Source: Candidatus Multivoradales bacterium (GTDB lineage Bacteria > Acidobacteriota > Thermoanaerobaculia > Multivoradales > Multivoraceae). Taken from it: DNA of 64,000 nt. Both the position numbers and the translations under genes were made by a program. Location: contig CBDCWI010000002.1 in the NCBI GenBank assembly GCA_965223325.1, positions 2,400,001 to 2,464,000 on the forward strand, written 5' to 3'. The notes under the pieces were generated by a model. It did no database searches. It was given only the letters and a program-made list of their open reading frames with translations, and was not told the origin of the DNA. The first letter of the stretch is position 1; every line of letters begins with the position of its first letter. Below are positions 9,701-18,427 of this stretch, one piece after another.

Positions 9701-9853
9701 AAGAAGACTCGTTCGTTAACCCAGCCCTACTTGTTCCTCGGCCCGACGCGCTATGTGGAGCACGAAGACGAAAAGCCCATGAGGATCATCTGGGAGTTGG
9801 ACGTACCGATGCCCCCTGGGTTCTATCGCGAGGCAAAGATTGCAGCAGGGTGA
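6725..9853 (+). CDS. PLD-family nuclease + SF2 DEAD/H helicase + DUF3427 protein (restriction or defence-like)
   Basis: LHAKAW..GSSNLS..EWN (PLD); ATGTGKT, DEFHH, LTATPER, EGVD, QQLGRGLR (SF2); C-terminal YEDYPIS..FHWESQ. Start may be GTG at 6788. Confidence 0.9.
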   Translation: MTSPLAQCREFRRSSPLLPRPVTKFDTSGLYELLLTEEINRRLEALEGVLLERHEPASESAADYLARHLHELGLKVFRSFKGADALERQVQLANSVIALLSQDSEAGVDDGDRVRDPAGILLSLFRRAEQRLGDAQIERPSLPLRQSDLLVNGPRDQRLGHELNRELASADRVDLLVSFLKWSGLRVIKNQLDEFLGRRPGQLRVLTTTYLGATETRALDWLQERRVDVRVSYDTRRTRLHAKAWLFHRDSGFSTGFVGSSNLSHGALLDGCEWNVRLSLVDNRSILRKFQTTFDQYWSDGEFEPYDREAFLEATKKNSEALDHLAQTSGLRPYPHQEEVLQALEHEREHGHTRNLVVAATGTGKTAIAAFDYARYRKRHPEATLLFVAHRHEILKQSQATFRNALRNGNFGELQARGEEPVRGRHVFASIQSLRPRRLDELQPRAYDFIVVDEFHHAAATTYRRLLEHLEPSILLGLTATPERADGQSILHWFNNRIAAETRLWDALDLGLLVPFQYFGVYDGTDLSLVNWRSGRYDTEGLENVYTADDVRARAVIRAVREHVRSPRDMRALGFCVSVKHAQYMADFFEGEGIAAVAVHGRTPTAEREAVRQRLATKEVNIVFTVDLFNEGVDLPFVDTVLMLRPTESATIFLQQLGRGLRLAEGKDCLTVLDFIGKARREFRFDLRYKALTGGTRASVRRAVEEGFPNLPAGTELLLDRETQEVVLANLRNVVGGRTQELVADLVAMGDVSLADFLQGIDSQPEDLYTGGRTFTLLRQHADHTTSPPPEPNTARAFARLLHVDDDERINTWSSWLAGPKPPPANPDDPLQLMLFALLGNVRRPVIELGLALQEFWSHDDLRNELHQLLQMLADRARRPTHGLDRLPFRIHGTYSRDEISAGLLQTRKGKLLRTQSGVYKDNASRCDVLYVTLEKNASEFTPTTLYEDYPISDTRFHWESQGVTRADSDTGQRYQNHEAMDWRILLFVRRAKKTRSLTQPYLFLGPTRYVEHEDEKPMRIIWELDVPMPPGFYREAKIAAG

Positions 9854-10266
9854 CGGAGTGGCCCGGTGTGGGCGTCTCGCCAGAGGCAACGTGTTCTTTA
9901 TCAAAGGCACAGCGATGCCCAGCGTCGTGCCCACCAATCCGCTATGGAGCCCCAGGCATGAATAGTGAAATGTGAGAAACACTGATCTTCGATGCAACCT
10001 GGGACATCGCGCAGGCACTGCTCGGCGTGGTGTTCGGAGCGCATCTGCCTGGTGAGCTTCGAGGTCGGCGACGACTCGGTTCGGCGGGTGCGCTCGGTTC
10101 GGCGGGTGCGAATTGTTCTCTATGAGTCGGACAAGCCTTCCGAGGTCTTCACGGACTCCAGCCCGCTCGCCAGAGACCGGTTCCCTGGCTACCTCGTCTA
10201 TCTACTCGCGAAGGATTGATCGCACCGCTGCGCTGTGCGCGGTCGGCGGCACACAGCGTGCGTCAG

Positions 10267-10674
10267 TCAATGGCCAGGCCACATTTCGAAGCCGGCGGCT
10301 CGGAAGTGGCGGTCGAAGCCAAAGACTCGTTTGATGCGCCCGCGCTTCATCAGTGCGAAGGAAACGCAGTCTGTGAAGCTCACGTTCTGATCTGCGAGTC
10401 TTGTGAACCACCGAAGGGCCGCCGTCTCGTCTGTTTCGTCCGGCCGAAGGATCTCCAGCCTTTTCGATGCATAGAGACGCTGGCCCTCCTCGGCCGCGAA
10501 GCGATTGCCCGCTCGGCGCCCGAGCAAGGTCAGGGTCTCATCGAGCACGAAGTTGCTGGTGATGCAGCGCTCCCCGCTTTCGGCGATCTTCTTCCACCCC
10601 GACTGCGCATCGCGATGATACGTATCGCGCGCGATCGATCGCGCCAGAAATGCGCCCGTGTCAACGAAGATCAC
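10267..10674 (-). CDS. vapC: VapC PIN-domain toxin
   Basis: IFVDTGA..VLDET..SFTDCVSFALM..FGFDRHF. GTGA overlap with the antitoxin stop. Confidence 0.9.
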   Translation of the reverse strand: MIFVDTGAFLARSIARDTYHRDAQSGWKKIAESGERCITSNFVLDETLTLLGRRAGNRFAAEEGQRLYASKRLEILRPDETDETAALRWFTRLADQNVSFTDCVSFALMKRGRIKRVFGFDRHFRAAGFEMWPGH

Positions 10675-10916
10675 GCTTCGTTCTCTGGTTCGCCGTAGAG
10701 AAGGGCATCGTGATCGCTCCCGTCGCGGGCGCTTCCCTGATCCTCGAAGACCTCGAATTGGAACAGCGAATCCTCTCGCACTTCGTCGCAGGAAAGAGCT
10801 AGCCGTGATCGAAGTGCGTCTCTTATGAGCTCTCCAAGAGAGATGCCCTGTCGCTCGGCCAGCCGCTGAGCCTCGAGCTTGAGGTCGCCGGGAAGCATGA
10901 TGGTCGTACGGTGCAT
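10671..10916 (-). CDS. vapB: Ribbon-helix-helix (CopG-like) antitoxin
   Basis: MHRTTIMLP..LAERQGISLGELIRDAL with acidic tail; translationally coupled to the PIN gene. Confidence 0.85.
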   Translation of the reverse strand: MHRTTIMLPGDLKLEAQRLAERQGISLGELIRDALRSRLALSCDEVREDSLFQFEVFEDQGSARDGSDHDALLYGEPENEA

Positions 10917-10919
10917 GTG

Positions 10920-10943
10920 GCGCCATAATATCACATATGGCGC
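10920..10943 (-). promoter_or_regulatory. vapBC operator and extended -10 promoter
   Basis: Inverted repeat GCGCCATA-N8-TATGGCGC overlapping TGaTATTAT, 8 nt before the ATG. Confidence 0.6.
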
Positions 10944-11159
10944 TCAGAGTACGCAGGATCTCCCTCCCTCGATTCGCTGAACATATTTCCTTTCAGAATT
11001 TTCTTTTTTTCCCTATTTGACGTAGAAACAAGACAGTGGCCGTCGTGAATATCCACATAGTTCACCCGGCCGGTTTGTTCGCGCCGGGATCTGCGACGTG
11101 ATTGTGACGTTGCAGTTCCCCTCTACCCCTGGCGAGGGAAACTCTACGGAGGGATTTCG

Positions 11160-11834
11160 ATGCTGAGCAGGAAAAGGGTCTCGAGAATAGGTCTTGTGGT
11201 GGCGTTTCTGGCTGTTGCCACTTGGATGAGCAGCGCGCTTGCGGCGCAGTCGCTTGCCCGCGTTAGCGGTGGCGGCACCGGCGACATTGTCATTCCGGAT
11301 TGGGGCTCAGAGACGCAGTTCGGTCTCGGTGGCACGGTCCGAGCGCGTTCGGCAGACTCGACGGAATGTATCGACAAGTTCGTCGCACTCATCGACGATA
11401 CGCCGATCGGGGTCTACGAACAAATCTATCCCGGTCTCGAGCTGATGACGAAGGACGAGATGAAGGACCTCGTCGACAGTTTCCGCGGAAATGACTGGCA
11501 CGATGCGAGTGGCCACTTCATGTGCAAACTGGTCGCGGACGCGCCCCGAGATGTTCGTCCGTCGGAGAAGTACTTCGTTGTCATCAATATGGACCTGGAC
11601 TACGGCCGGGTCGAGGACGACGGGTCGGTGCTTTTCTGCGGCGAGCATCTCGCGATCGACGCTTTCTCGCCCCGGGTCCAACAACTCGAAGGTGTTTCGC
11701 TTCTGCGCGTCTGGAAGGAGAACGGCAAGAAGAAGTTCTGGTACGTCGACAATATAAACGTCGCCTATGGCGGCGATACCGAGGTCGTCGTCTCGGGGAA
11801 TCTGCTGATCAAGCGCGGGAAGGGAAAGCCCTGA
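11160..11834 (+). CDS. Secreted hypothetical protein
   Basis: GGAGG SD; signal peptide MLSRKRVSRIGLVVAFLAVATWMSSALA; 224 aa. Confidence 0.7.
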   Translation: MLSRKRVSRIGLVVAFLAVATWMSSALAAQSLARVSGGGTGDIVIPDWGSETQFGLGGTVRARSADSTECIDKFVALIDDTPIGVYEQIYPGLELMTKDEMKDLVDSFRGNDWHDASGHFMCKLVADAPRDVRPSEKYFVVINMDLDYGRVEDDGSVLFCGEHLAIDAFSPRVQQLEGVSLLRVWKENGKKKFWYVDNINVAYGGDTEVVVSGNLLIKRGKGKP

Positions 11835-11858
11835 ACCTGGAGGGTGGGTGCTGCTGGC

Positions 11859-12450
11859 CTAGAAGATCAGCTGCACCCACTCGCCGTCGACCTCGATCAG
11901 CGTCGAGCGAATGGCGGGGAGGATCGGTGTTTCGAGTAGTCCTTCGTTCCACTCCGCCAGGGCAGCTTCGAGACGGGCCACCACTTCCGGATGCTCGGCC
12001 GCTACGTTCCGGGTCTCGCCTCGGTCGACGTCGAGGTCGTAGAGCAAGGTCAGGTAACCGTGCTCAGGTTCGGTTGGCCAACCGCCTTGTGGCGGTTGCA
12101 GCCGGCCATCAGGGCGGAGGTCGCTAGGCCGCAGGTCGCTCAAAGCGAGCTTGATGAGTTTGTAGCGCGCGCCACGAATGGCAAGTGTCGGCCGAGAACG
12201 CCAGAACAGGTACTCGTGCGGGCGACCGGCCTTTTCACCCGCCAGGTAGGGTGCGAGATCGACGCTGTCTTCGGTCTGGCGGGGTGCGCCAGCGGCAGCG
12301 GTGAAGGTCGCCATGAGGTCGAGCGCTGTCACCGGCGGGCTGTAGACCTGGCCACCGGGGAATCGCTCGGGCCAGGTCAAGAGGAACGGGACCCGCACGC
12401 CCCCCTCGTGGTGGTAGCGCTTGAAACCGCTCAGGGGAGCGTTGGAGCAG
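11859..12450 (-). pseudogene. C-terminal fragment of an arylsulfatase-family protein
   Basis: NAPLSGFK..EGGVRVPF, DLMAT, LYDL.VDRGETRNVA..HPE. The N-terminal CxPxR region is absent. Confidence 0.75.
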
Positions 12451-12560
12451 GCACCCCGGAAGCGGCCTGAGTTGCGTGTAGCATGTCTGGGCAGTCCCCT
12501 CGTTACCGGCCTCAGCTCTGTTGCACTCTCCCGTGGCCACAGCTCTCCAGGAGGTGTCGC

Positions 12561-15500
12561 ATGGTCACCCCTTCCGACAGAGATTCCGACAGAGACGACA
12601 TTCCGACCCAGACGTCGGGTGCACCGCTCCAGCTCCCCGGTGTGCCCTCGCTCGAGACGGGTGTGCAGCTCGGGCACTATGAGATCACTGGCCTGCTGGG
12701 CAAGGGCGGAATGGGGGAGGTCTATCGCGCGCGCGACAGCAACCTCGGCCGTGAGGTTGCCATCAAGGTTCTGCCGCAGGAGTTCGTCGAAAGTCCCGGC
12801 GCACGCGCCCGCTTCGAGCGTGAGGCGCGCGCGATCGCAGCGCTTTCGCATCCGAACATTCTCCACATCTACGACCTCGGGGAGCAGGATGGCGTCCACT
12901 ACGCCGTTATGGAATTGCTCGAGGGCACGACGCTCGGCAAGCGGCTGGATGAGTCAGGGCCGTTCTCGGTCGACGAGACGCTCGCCATTGGCGCCGAGGT
13001 CGCACGTGGTCTCGCTGCCGCCCATCAGGCTGGGTTCACGCATCGCGACATCAAGCCAGACAATCTTTTTCTACGTGACGACGGTCGGGTCACCATCCTC
13101 GACTTCGGGCTTGCTCACTCCGTTGGGCATCCGAAAGGGCACGACAACCAGGAAACCCTGCCGGGCCAGGCGACGAGTCCCGGCACCGTTCTGGGGTCCC
13201 TTGCCTACATGTCGCCTGAGCAAGCCCGCGGAGAACCCGTTGAACCCTCGAGCGACGTGTTCTCGCTGGGCTGCGTGCTCTCTGAAACGCTCACCGGCAA
13301 GAGTCCCTTCCGGCGCAGCAGCGCCGCCGAAACGCTCGCCGCGACCCTCGGAGCTGACCCGCCATCGCTTCTTGAAACGGTGGGCGGGCCTGGCAGCGCA
13401 GGCCTGGTAGGAGTGATCGACCGTTGCCTGGCAAAGGATGCAAGCGCGCGCTATCGGTCAGGAACCGAGCTCGCTTCTGCATTGGAGGAGCTCTCGCAAC
13501 CGGCACCCGGGGTTCTGCCGCGCTCGCTCTTCGGTCGGATGGCCGTCGCTGTGGCGGCTCTCGCCCTGTTGTTCGCCGCCGGCTTCTGGTGGAGCACCCA
13601 TGATCCAGAAGGAACCTGGGCGCGGGAAGAAGGCCTTCCCCGAATCTTCGAACTCACCGAACAAGACGAGTTCTTCGAGGCGTTCAGGATCGCCCGTCGG
13701 GTCGAGGAGGTCCTGCCTGGCGACCCACTGCTCGAGGAGGCCTGGGAGCAGATCGGTGCGAAAGGCACCATTGAAACAGACCCGCCAGGCGCGGAGCTCT
13801 CCATTGCATCGATGACGAGCGACGAATGGGTCAAGTTGGGAACAACGCCGGTCAACACTCATCTTCCCGCGGGAGTCACCCGGGCTCGCCTGGAGCTCGA
13901 GGGGTTCGCGCTCCTCGAAGGGCTTTGCTGCTCGGGCAGCATAGAGCTACCGCTCTTTCCCGTAAGCGCCGTTCCGGCGGGTATGCGCCCCCTTCCGGGT
14001 GGTGCGAATCGGTTGGGCCTGCGCACCGTGCCCTCCCTTCCGGGCAGAAGGGGGAATGCCCTGCTCGGGAAGTTCGAGGTCACCAACAAAGAATTTCTAG
14101 AGTTCGTCGAGGCTGGTGCGTACCAGGACCCGACCGCCTGGCCTTCACCCTTCATCGATGGAGGCCAGACCCTCAGCTTCGAGGAGGCCATGGCGCGCTT
14201 CCGCGACCGCACCGGCCAGGCGGGCCCTGCGAGCTGGGAGTACGGGAGCTTCCTCGAAGGGCAGGATGACTACCCCGTCCAGGGCGTGAGCTGGTACGAA
14301 GCCGAGGCGTATGCGCGCTTTGCGGGCGGCGTGCTGCCCACCGTTTTCCACTGGAGCGCAGCCTCGGGAACACACGTCGCCGGCCCGATCATCGATGCCT
14401 CGAACATCGAGACCGAGTCGGTGCTTCCAGTTGGCAGCACGCGCGGGATCGGCTACTGGGGGCACTACGACATGGCCGGTAACGTTCGCGAGTGGTGCCG
14501 CAACCCCACCCCGGACGGCCGCCGCTTCATTCTCGGAGGCGGCTACTCCGAGCCGCGCTACTCGTTCTTCATTGCCAACGCCGTGACCCCAATGGACCGC
14601 TCGCTGATCAACGGATTGCGCTTGATGCGCGAGATCGACGGACAGCCTTCGGGCCTGGAAGTAGAGCAACCGATCCCGATGGTGGATCTGACCGATGTCG
14701 ACCTCGACGCGCCGGGGCCGGGACCGGAGTTCGTCGAGCAGTGGCGGGAGCGGGTCGCCTACGACTCGCTACCTCTCGAGGCCACCATCCTCGAGCTCCC
14801 CAGGGACCTCGAGGATTGGGCACCGCGAGGCGACAGTGGCTCCTTCGCCGTTGAGCGCGTCTCCTTCAATGCTGCCTACGGCGGAGAACGCATGGAGGCC
14901 TATCTCTTTCTACCTGAGGTGCGGCCGAACCCGCTGCAGGCGATCGTCGTCTTTCCGGGCGAGAACCTCGGCAACCCGAGACAGAGCCCTGGCGGAATCG
15001 ATCGCCAGGAGTTCTACGTTCGCAGCGGGCGTGCCGTTGTGCTGCCAATCTACAAGTCGACCTTCAACCGGCGCGACGGCATGGTCGGGGCGGCTCCTGA
15101 CCCGGCGCGGGCTCAGGACTGGCAGGCGCATGTCGTCATGTGGACACAAGACGTCATGCGGACGGTCGACTACCTGGTGACCCGCAACGACCTGGACCCC
15201 GAGAGAATCGGCTACCACGGCATGAGCTGGGGCCATTGGATGGCTACCTGGGTTCTCCCGGTAGAGAAGAGAATCCGCGCTGCTCTGTTGCGCGACGGCG
15301 GCGCACCGAGTGCCTACGTCCACGGCCTCGTCCCCGGTACCTTTCTGGGGCGCTACCCGAATTCGCACAAGCCTCTTCTGGCCCAGGTCGACATCCCGGT
15401 GCTGATGCTCAACGGTCGTTACGACCACTGGTTTCCATTCGACACAACGCAGAAGCCCTTCTTCGACGCTCTCGGTACACCCGCCGCGAACAAGCGCCAC

Positions 15501-15599
15501 CACATCTTCGAAGACGCCGGCCACTCCAACATGCCGTTGCCCGGAGTCGTCCGGGAGAGCCTGGTGTTTTTCGACCGCTACCTGGGCCCGGTCCAGTAA
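12561..15599 (+). CDS. Ser/Thr kinase - TM - FGE/SUMF1 domain - alpha/beta hydrolase fusion
   Basis: AGGAGG SD; GKGGMGEV, VAIK, HRDIKPDN, DFG, YMSPE; TM helix; EVTN..YDMAGNVREW; GMSWG, GRYD, AGH. Confidence 0.9.
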   Translation: MVTPSDRDSDRDDIPTQTSGAPLQLPGVPSLETGVQLGHYEITGLLGKGGMGEVYRARDSNLGREVAIKVLPQEFVESPGARARFEREARAIAALSHPNILHIYDLGEQDGVHYAVMELLEGTTLGKRLDESGPFSVDETLAIGAEVARGLAAAHQAGFTHRDIKPDNLFLRDDGRVTILDFGLAHSVGHPKGHDNQETLPGQATSPGTVLGSLAYMSPEQARGEPVEPSSDVFSLGCVLSETLTGKSPFRRSSAAETLAATLGADPPSLLETVGGPGSAGLVGVIDRCLAKDASARYRSGTELASALEELSQPAPGVLPRSLFGRMAVAVAALALLFAAGFWWSTHDPEGTWAREEGLPRIFELTEQDEFFEAFRIARRVEEVLPGDPLLEEAWEQIGAKGTIETDPPGAELSIASMTSDEWVKLGTTPVNTHLPAGVTRARLELEGFALLEGLCCSGSIELPLFPVSAVPAGMRPLPGGANRLGLRTVPSLPGRRGNALLGKFEVTNKEFLEFVEAGAYQDPTAWPSPFIDGGQTLSFEEAMARFRDRTGQAGPASWEYGSFLEGQDDYPVQGVSWYEAEAYARFAGGVLPTVFHWSAASGTHVAGPIIDASNIETESVLPVGSTRGIGYWGHYDMAGNVREWCRNPTPDGRRFILGGGYSEPRYSFFIANAVTPMDRSLINGLRLMREIDGQPSGLEVEQPIPMVDLTDVDLDAPGPGPEFVEQWRERVAYDSLPLEATILELPRDLEDWAPRGDSGSFAVERVSFNAAYGGERMEAYLFLPEVRPNPLQAIVVFPGENLGNPRQSPGGIDRQEFYVRSGRAVVLPIYKSTFNRRDGMVGAAPDPARAQDWQAHVVMWTQDVMRTVDYLVTRNDLDPERIGYHGMSWGHWMATWVLPVEKRIRAALLRDGGAPSAYVHGLVPGTFLGRYPNSHKPLLAQVDIPVLMLNGRYDHWFPFDTTQKPFFDALGTPAANKRHHIFEDAGHSNMPLPGVVRESLVFFDRYLGPVQ

Positions 15600-15608
15600 C
15601 GCAGCAGC

Positions 15609-17078
15609 CTAGCCGGCGAGTTTCTGGTTGAGCTCTTTGATGCGCTCCATCAGCTTGTCGATCTTGCCTTGCGCTTCGTGCTTGAGGCGGCTGAAGTCGC
15701 CTTTGAGCTTCTCGCGATCCTCTTCGATGTCCTTGATGCGTTGACGTAGGTCCTCGATGATCCGGTCGCGCTCGGCAACCTTGGAGTTGACGGCTTGAAT
15801 GTCTTCGTCTTTCTGTTGCAGGCGTACCTGGGCCTGGGTTTCCTGGTCGTGGTACATCTTCTTGAACTCCTGGAGCTCGAGAATCTCTGAGAAGTCTGCG
15901 GCACTCATATCGTCACTTTCAATGATTTTGGGGAACATGCTTCGGAGCTTGAGCGAGAGATCGTCTGGGTCGGGCGATTGCTTCTTCGCCTCTTTGTAGG
16001 TGATGACACCGTGAACCAGGAGGGCGATCAGGGACTGGTTGGTCGTCTGCATCCGAAACAGACTCACCGACGACGCAATCTCTTCGTGGATGTCGGCAAC
16101 TTTGCCGCCTTCGATCAGTTTCGAGATCTTGGGGGAGTTGCGCATGATCTCGAGAACCGGAACGCGACCTTTGCCATCGGCCCGCTCGACCAGTTTGATC
16201 GAAATGACCGCTGCCAGAACCTGCGACAGCTGCGAGCGAATCTGTTCTTGCTGCGACGGTGGAAAGGCATCGAGAATACGGTCGATCGTTTGACCAGCAC
16301 TGTTGGTGTGCAGGGTCGAGAAGACGACGTGACCGGTTTCGGCGGCGGTGATGACGGTGGAGATGGTCTCCTGGTCACGCATCTCGCCAACCATGATGAC
16401 GTCTGGATCCTGACGCATGGCGTTGCGCAGGGCCTCGGGGAAACTCGGGGTGTCGGTTCCTACTTCGCGCTGTGAGACCGTCGCCGTGTCGTCACGCAAC
16501 AGGAACTCCATCGGGTCCTCGATGGTGATGACATTGACGGCACGCTCTTCAATGATCTTGCGCAGCATCGCCGCGAGCGTCGTCGACTTACCGCTGCCGG
16601 TTGGGCCGGTGACCAGCACCATGCCGGTCTTCAGTTCGCAGAACTCGTGCAGAACGGCTGGCAGCTCGAGGCTTTCGATGTCCATGACCTCGTAGGGCAC
16701 CAATCGAAACGAGGCTGCGAGGGTGCCGCGCTGCAGGTAGATGTTGCAGCGAAAGCGAGCCAGGCCTGGAACTCCGTAGCCGAGATCGACGGCGAGATCC
16801 TTCTCGAGTCGTGCCTTCTGGTGCGGCTGGAGAATTGCGCCCAGCATGCGGCCGATGTCTTCCGGCTTGAGATCCGGAATGCCATCAAGCGGCAAGATGT
16901 GACCATTGACGCGCAAGAGTGGCGGCCGGCCGGGCTTCAGGTGAAGGTCCGACGCTTCGCGCTCGGTCATGATGCGCAGCAGGTCGTCGACCTGGATGGC
17001 GTTCATCGCTTCCGAAGAAGCTGCCCCAGAAGCCTCCTGAACAGGCGCTTTCTGGGTCGGCGGATCGGTCTGGGTCAT
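15609..17078 (-). CDS. pilT: PilT/PilU-family type IV pilus ATPase with C-terminal coiled coil
   Basis: ASDLHL, GPTGSGKST, TIEDP, RQDPDVIMVGEMRD, AAETGH, TLHT. Confidence 0.85.
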   Translation of the reverse strand: MTQTDPPTQKAPVQEASGAASSEAMNAIQVDDLLRIMTEREASDLHLKPGRPPLLRVNGHILPLDGIPDLKPEDIGRMLGAILQPHQKARLEKDLAVDLGYGVPGLARFRCNIYLQRGTLAASFRLVPYEVMDIESLELPAVLHEFCELKTGMVLVTGPTGSGKSTTLAAMLRKIIEERAVNVITIEDPMEFLLRDDTATVSQREVGTDTPSFPEALRNAMRQDPDVIMVGEMRDQETISTVITAAETGHVVFSTLHTNSAGQTIDRILDAFPPSQQEQIRSQLSQVLAAVISIKLVERADGKGRVPVLEIMRNSPKISKLIEGGKVADIHEEIASSVSLFRMQTTNQSLIALLVHGVITYKEAKKQSPDPDDLSLKLRSMFPKIIESDDMSAADFSEILELQEFKKMYHDQETQAQVRLQQKDEDIQAVNSKVAERDRIIEDLRQRIKDIEEDREKLKGDFSRLKHEAQGKIDKLMERIKELNQKLAG

Positions 17079-17172
17079 GGGAAATCTCGCAGCTCTGGAT
17101 CGGAACGTGAAGACGCCAGGGGAGGCGAAAGGACGTCGGCCAGTCTAGCAGGATTTCGAAGAAAACGCAGAA

Positions 17173-18426
17173 TCACGACGCCCTGCGCGAGTACCCCTTC
17201 CGAGTGCCGTTTTGGCCCTTCTCGCCGGCATGATCCGCGCAACCAGCAGCCCCCAGAACCAGCGTCCGAAAGGCCTCGCGACTGCTTTCGGTGGGCAGAT
17301 TGGAGCCACCCACAGCCCGTGGGGCTTCGGCCGTCTTCTCCATGGCTCTCGCCAGGCCATGTTCGACCTCTCGGAGCGGCCCGACCGGCACGACAGAGAC
17401 AAGATCCGGTTCGAGGGCACTCTCGGCGATGGTGCGCGCGCCGCCCACGCCGAGCACGATGACCCGCTTCCCCATCGCCATCGCCTCTGCCAACGACAGG
17501 CCACCCTCCTCGCGCAGGCCGGTGAAGATCGCTCCTGACGAGCGCGCCACCAGATCGAAGTACTCGTCGCGTGGAATGCGACCCAGAAAGTCGACCCGGT
17601 CTTCAATACCGAGCTGGCTGGCCTGTCGACGCGCGGCCTTCTCGAGCGGGCCGGAGTTTGGAATCTTGAGTCGCAAGCTCTCTGTCTTCGCCAGGGCACA
17701 CAGTGCAACCGAAACGCCCTTGCGCCACTCGAGCGCACTTGGGAAGACCAGGTACGGCTCGGGCTCCACCTGGCTGGGCTCGGGAAGCTGCATGAGAAGC
17801 GTGTGGTTGAGAAGCTCTGTCTCGACTTGTAGCTCGCTGGGAAGCCTGGCGAGGGTTTCTTCGTTCTGCACCACCCGCACTGTCGCCTCTTGCCAGGTGC
17901 GCCGCGTCGACGGCAGGAGACTCATCATCTTGACTGCGAACTCGTCGAGCCACTCGTCGAGCAGGCCGTGGAGGTGATACACCGGCCGCAAGGGGCGCGG
18001 CGTTGTAACACCGCCCCCCACCGGACCCCAGACACTGGGCACGCCCAGGTCAACCACCGGGCTCGGCAGCCAGTAGGTCGAAAAGGTCGCGTGAACCGCC
18101 ACATCGAAGGAGTGCTCCCTCTGCAGTTGGCGCGCTCTCTTCCGCGCCCGCCCCAGCCACATGAAGTAATTGACAAACCAGGGCACCCGATGCCACTTCG
18201 TAAGCCGCCCCCAGAAAGGTTCCTGCACCTCGACCCACTCGAAGCCCCCCGGCCGGCCGCTCGCGTCGAGCCACTCCTCGACGCCCTCGGTGTGCTCCGG
18301 TCCGCCGATCACGACACAGTCGAACGCCGGCGCCAGAGTTTCAACCAGCGCCCAGCCTGCCCCCGGCTCGGAACCACGACCAGGTTCAGCCGAGTAGGCG
18401 ATCACCAGCGCCTTGGGACGACCCAT
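17173..18426 (-). CDS. Glycosyltransferase family 4
   Basis: AYSAEPGRGSEPGAGW, VWGPVGGG, WRKG, EEGGLSLAEAMAMG. Confidence 0.85.
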   Translation of the reverse strand: MGRPKALVIAYSAEPGRGSEPGAGWALVETLAPAFDCVVIGGPEHTEGVEEWLDASGRPGGFEWVEVQEPFWGRLTKWHRVPWFVNYFMWLGRARKRARQLQREHSFDVAVHATFSTYWLPSPVVDLGVPSVWGPVGGGVTTPRPLRPVYHLHGLLDEWLDEFAVKMMSLLPSTRRTWQEATVRVVQNEETLARLPSELQVETELLNHTLLMQLPEPSQVEPEPYLVFPSALEWRKGVSVALCALAKTESLRLKIPNSGPLEKAARRQASQLGIEDRVDFLGRIPRDEYFDLVARSSGAIFTGLREEGGLSLAEAMAMGKRVIVLGVGGARTIAESALEPDLVSVVPVGPLREVEHGLARAMEKTAEAPRAVGGSNLPTESSREAFRTLVLGAAGCADHAGEKGQNGTRKGYSRRAS

Positions 18427-18427
18427 C

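Noticed and set aside
10075-10110. 18-bp tandem duplication CTCGGTTCGGCGGGTGCG
   Set aside because: Two copies in an intergenic gap with no other structure.
11480-11491. Third copy of the palindrome core TTTCCGCGGAAA
   Set aside because: Only 12 bp, the outer arms are broken, and it lies inside an unrelated CDS; chance is plausible.
14040-14640. FGE/C-type-lectin-fold domain as a diversity-generating retroelement target
   Set aside because: No reverse transcriptase or template repeat is seen in the window, and the domain is internal.
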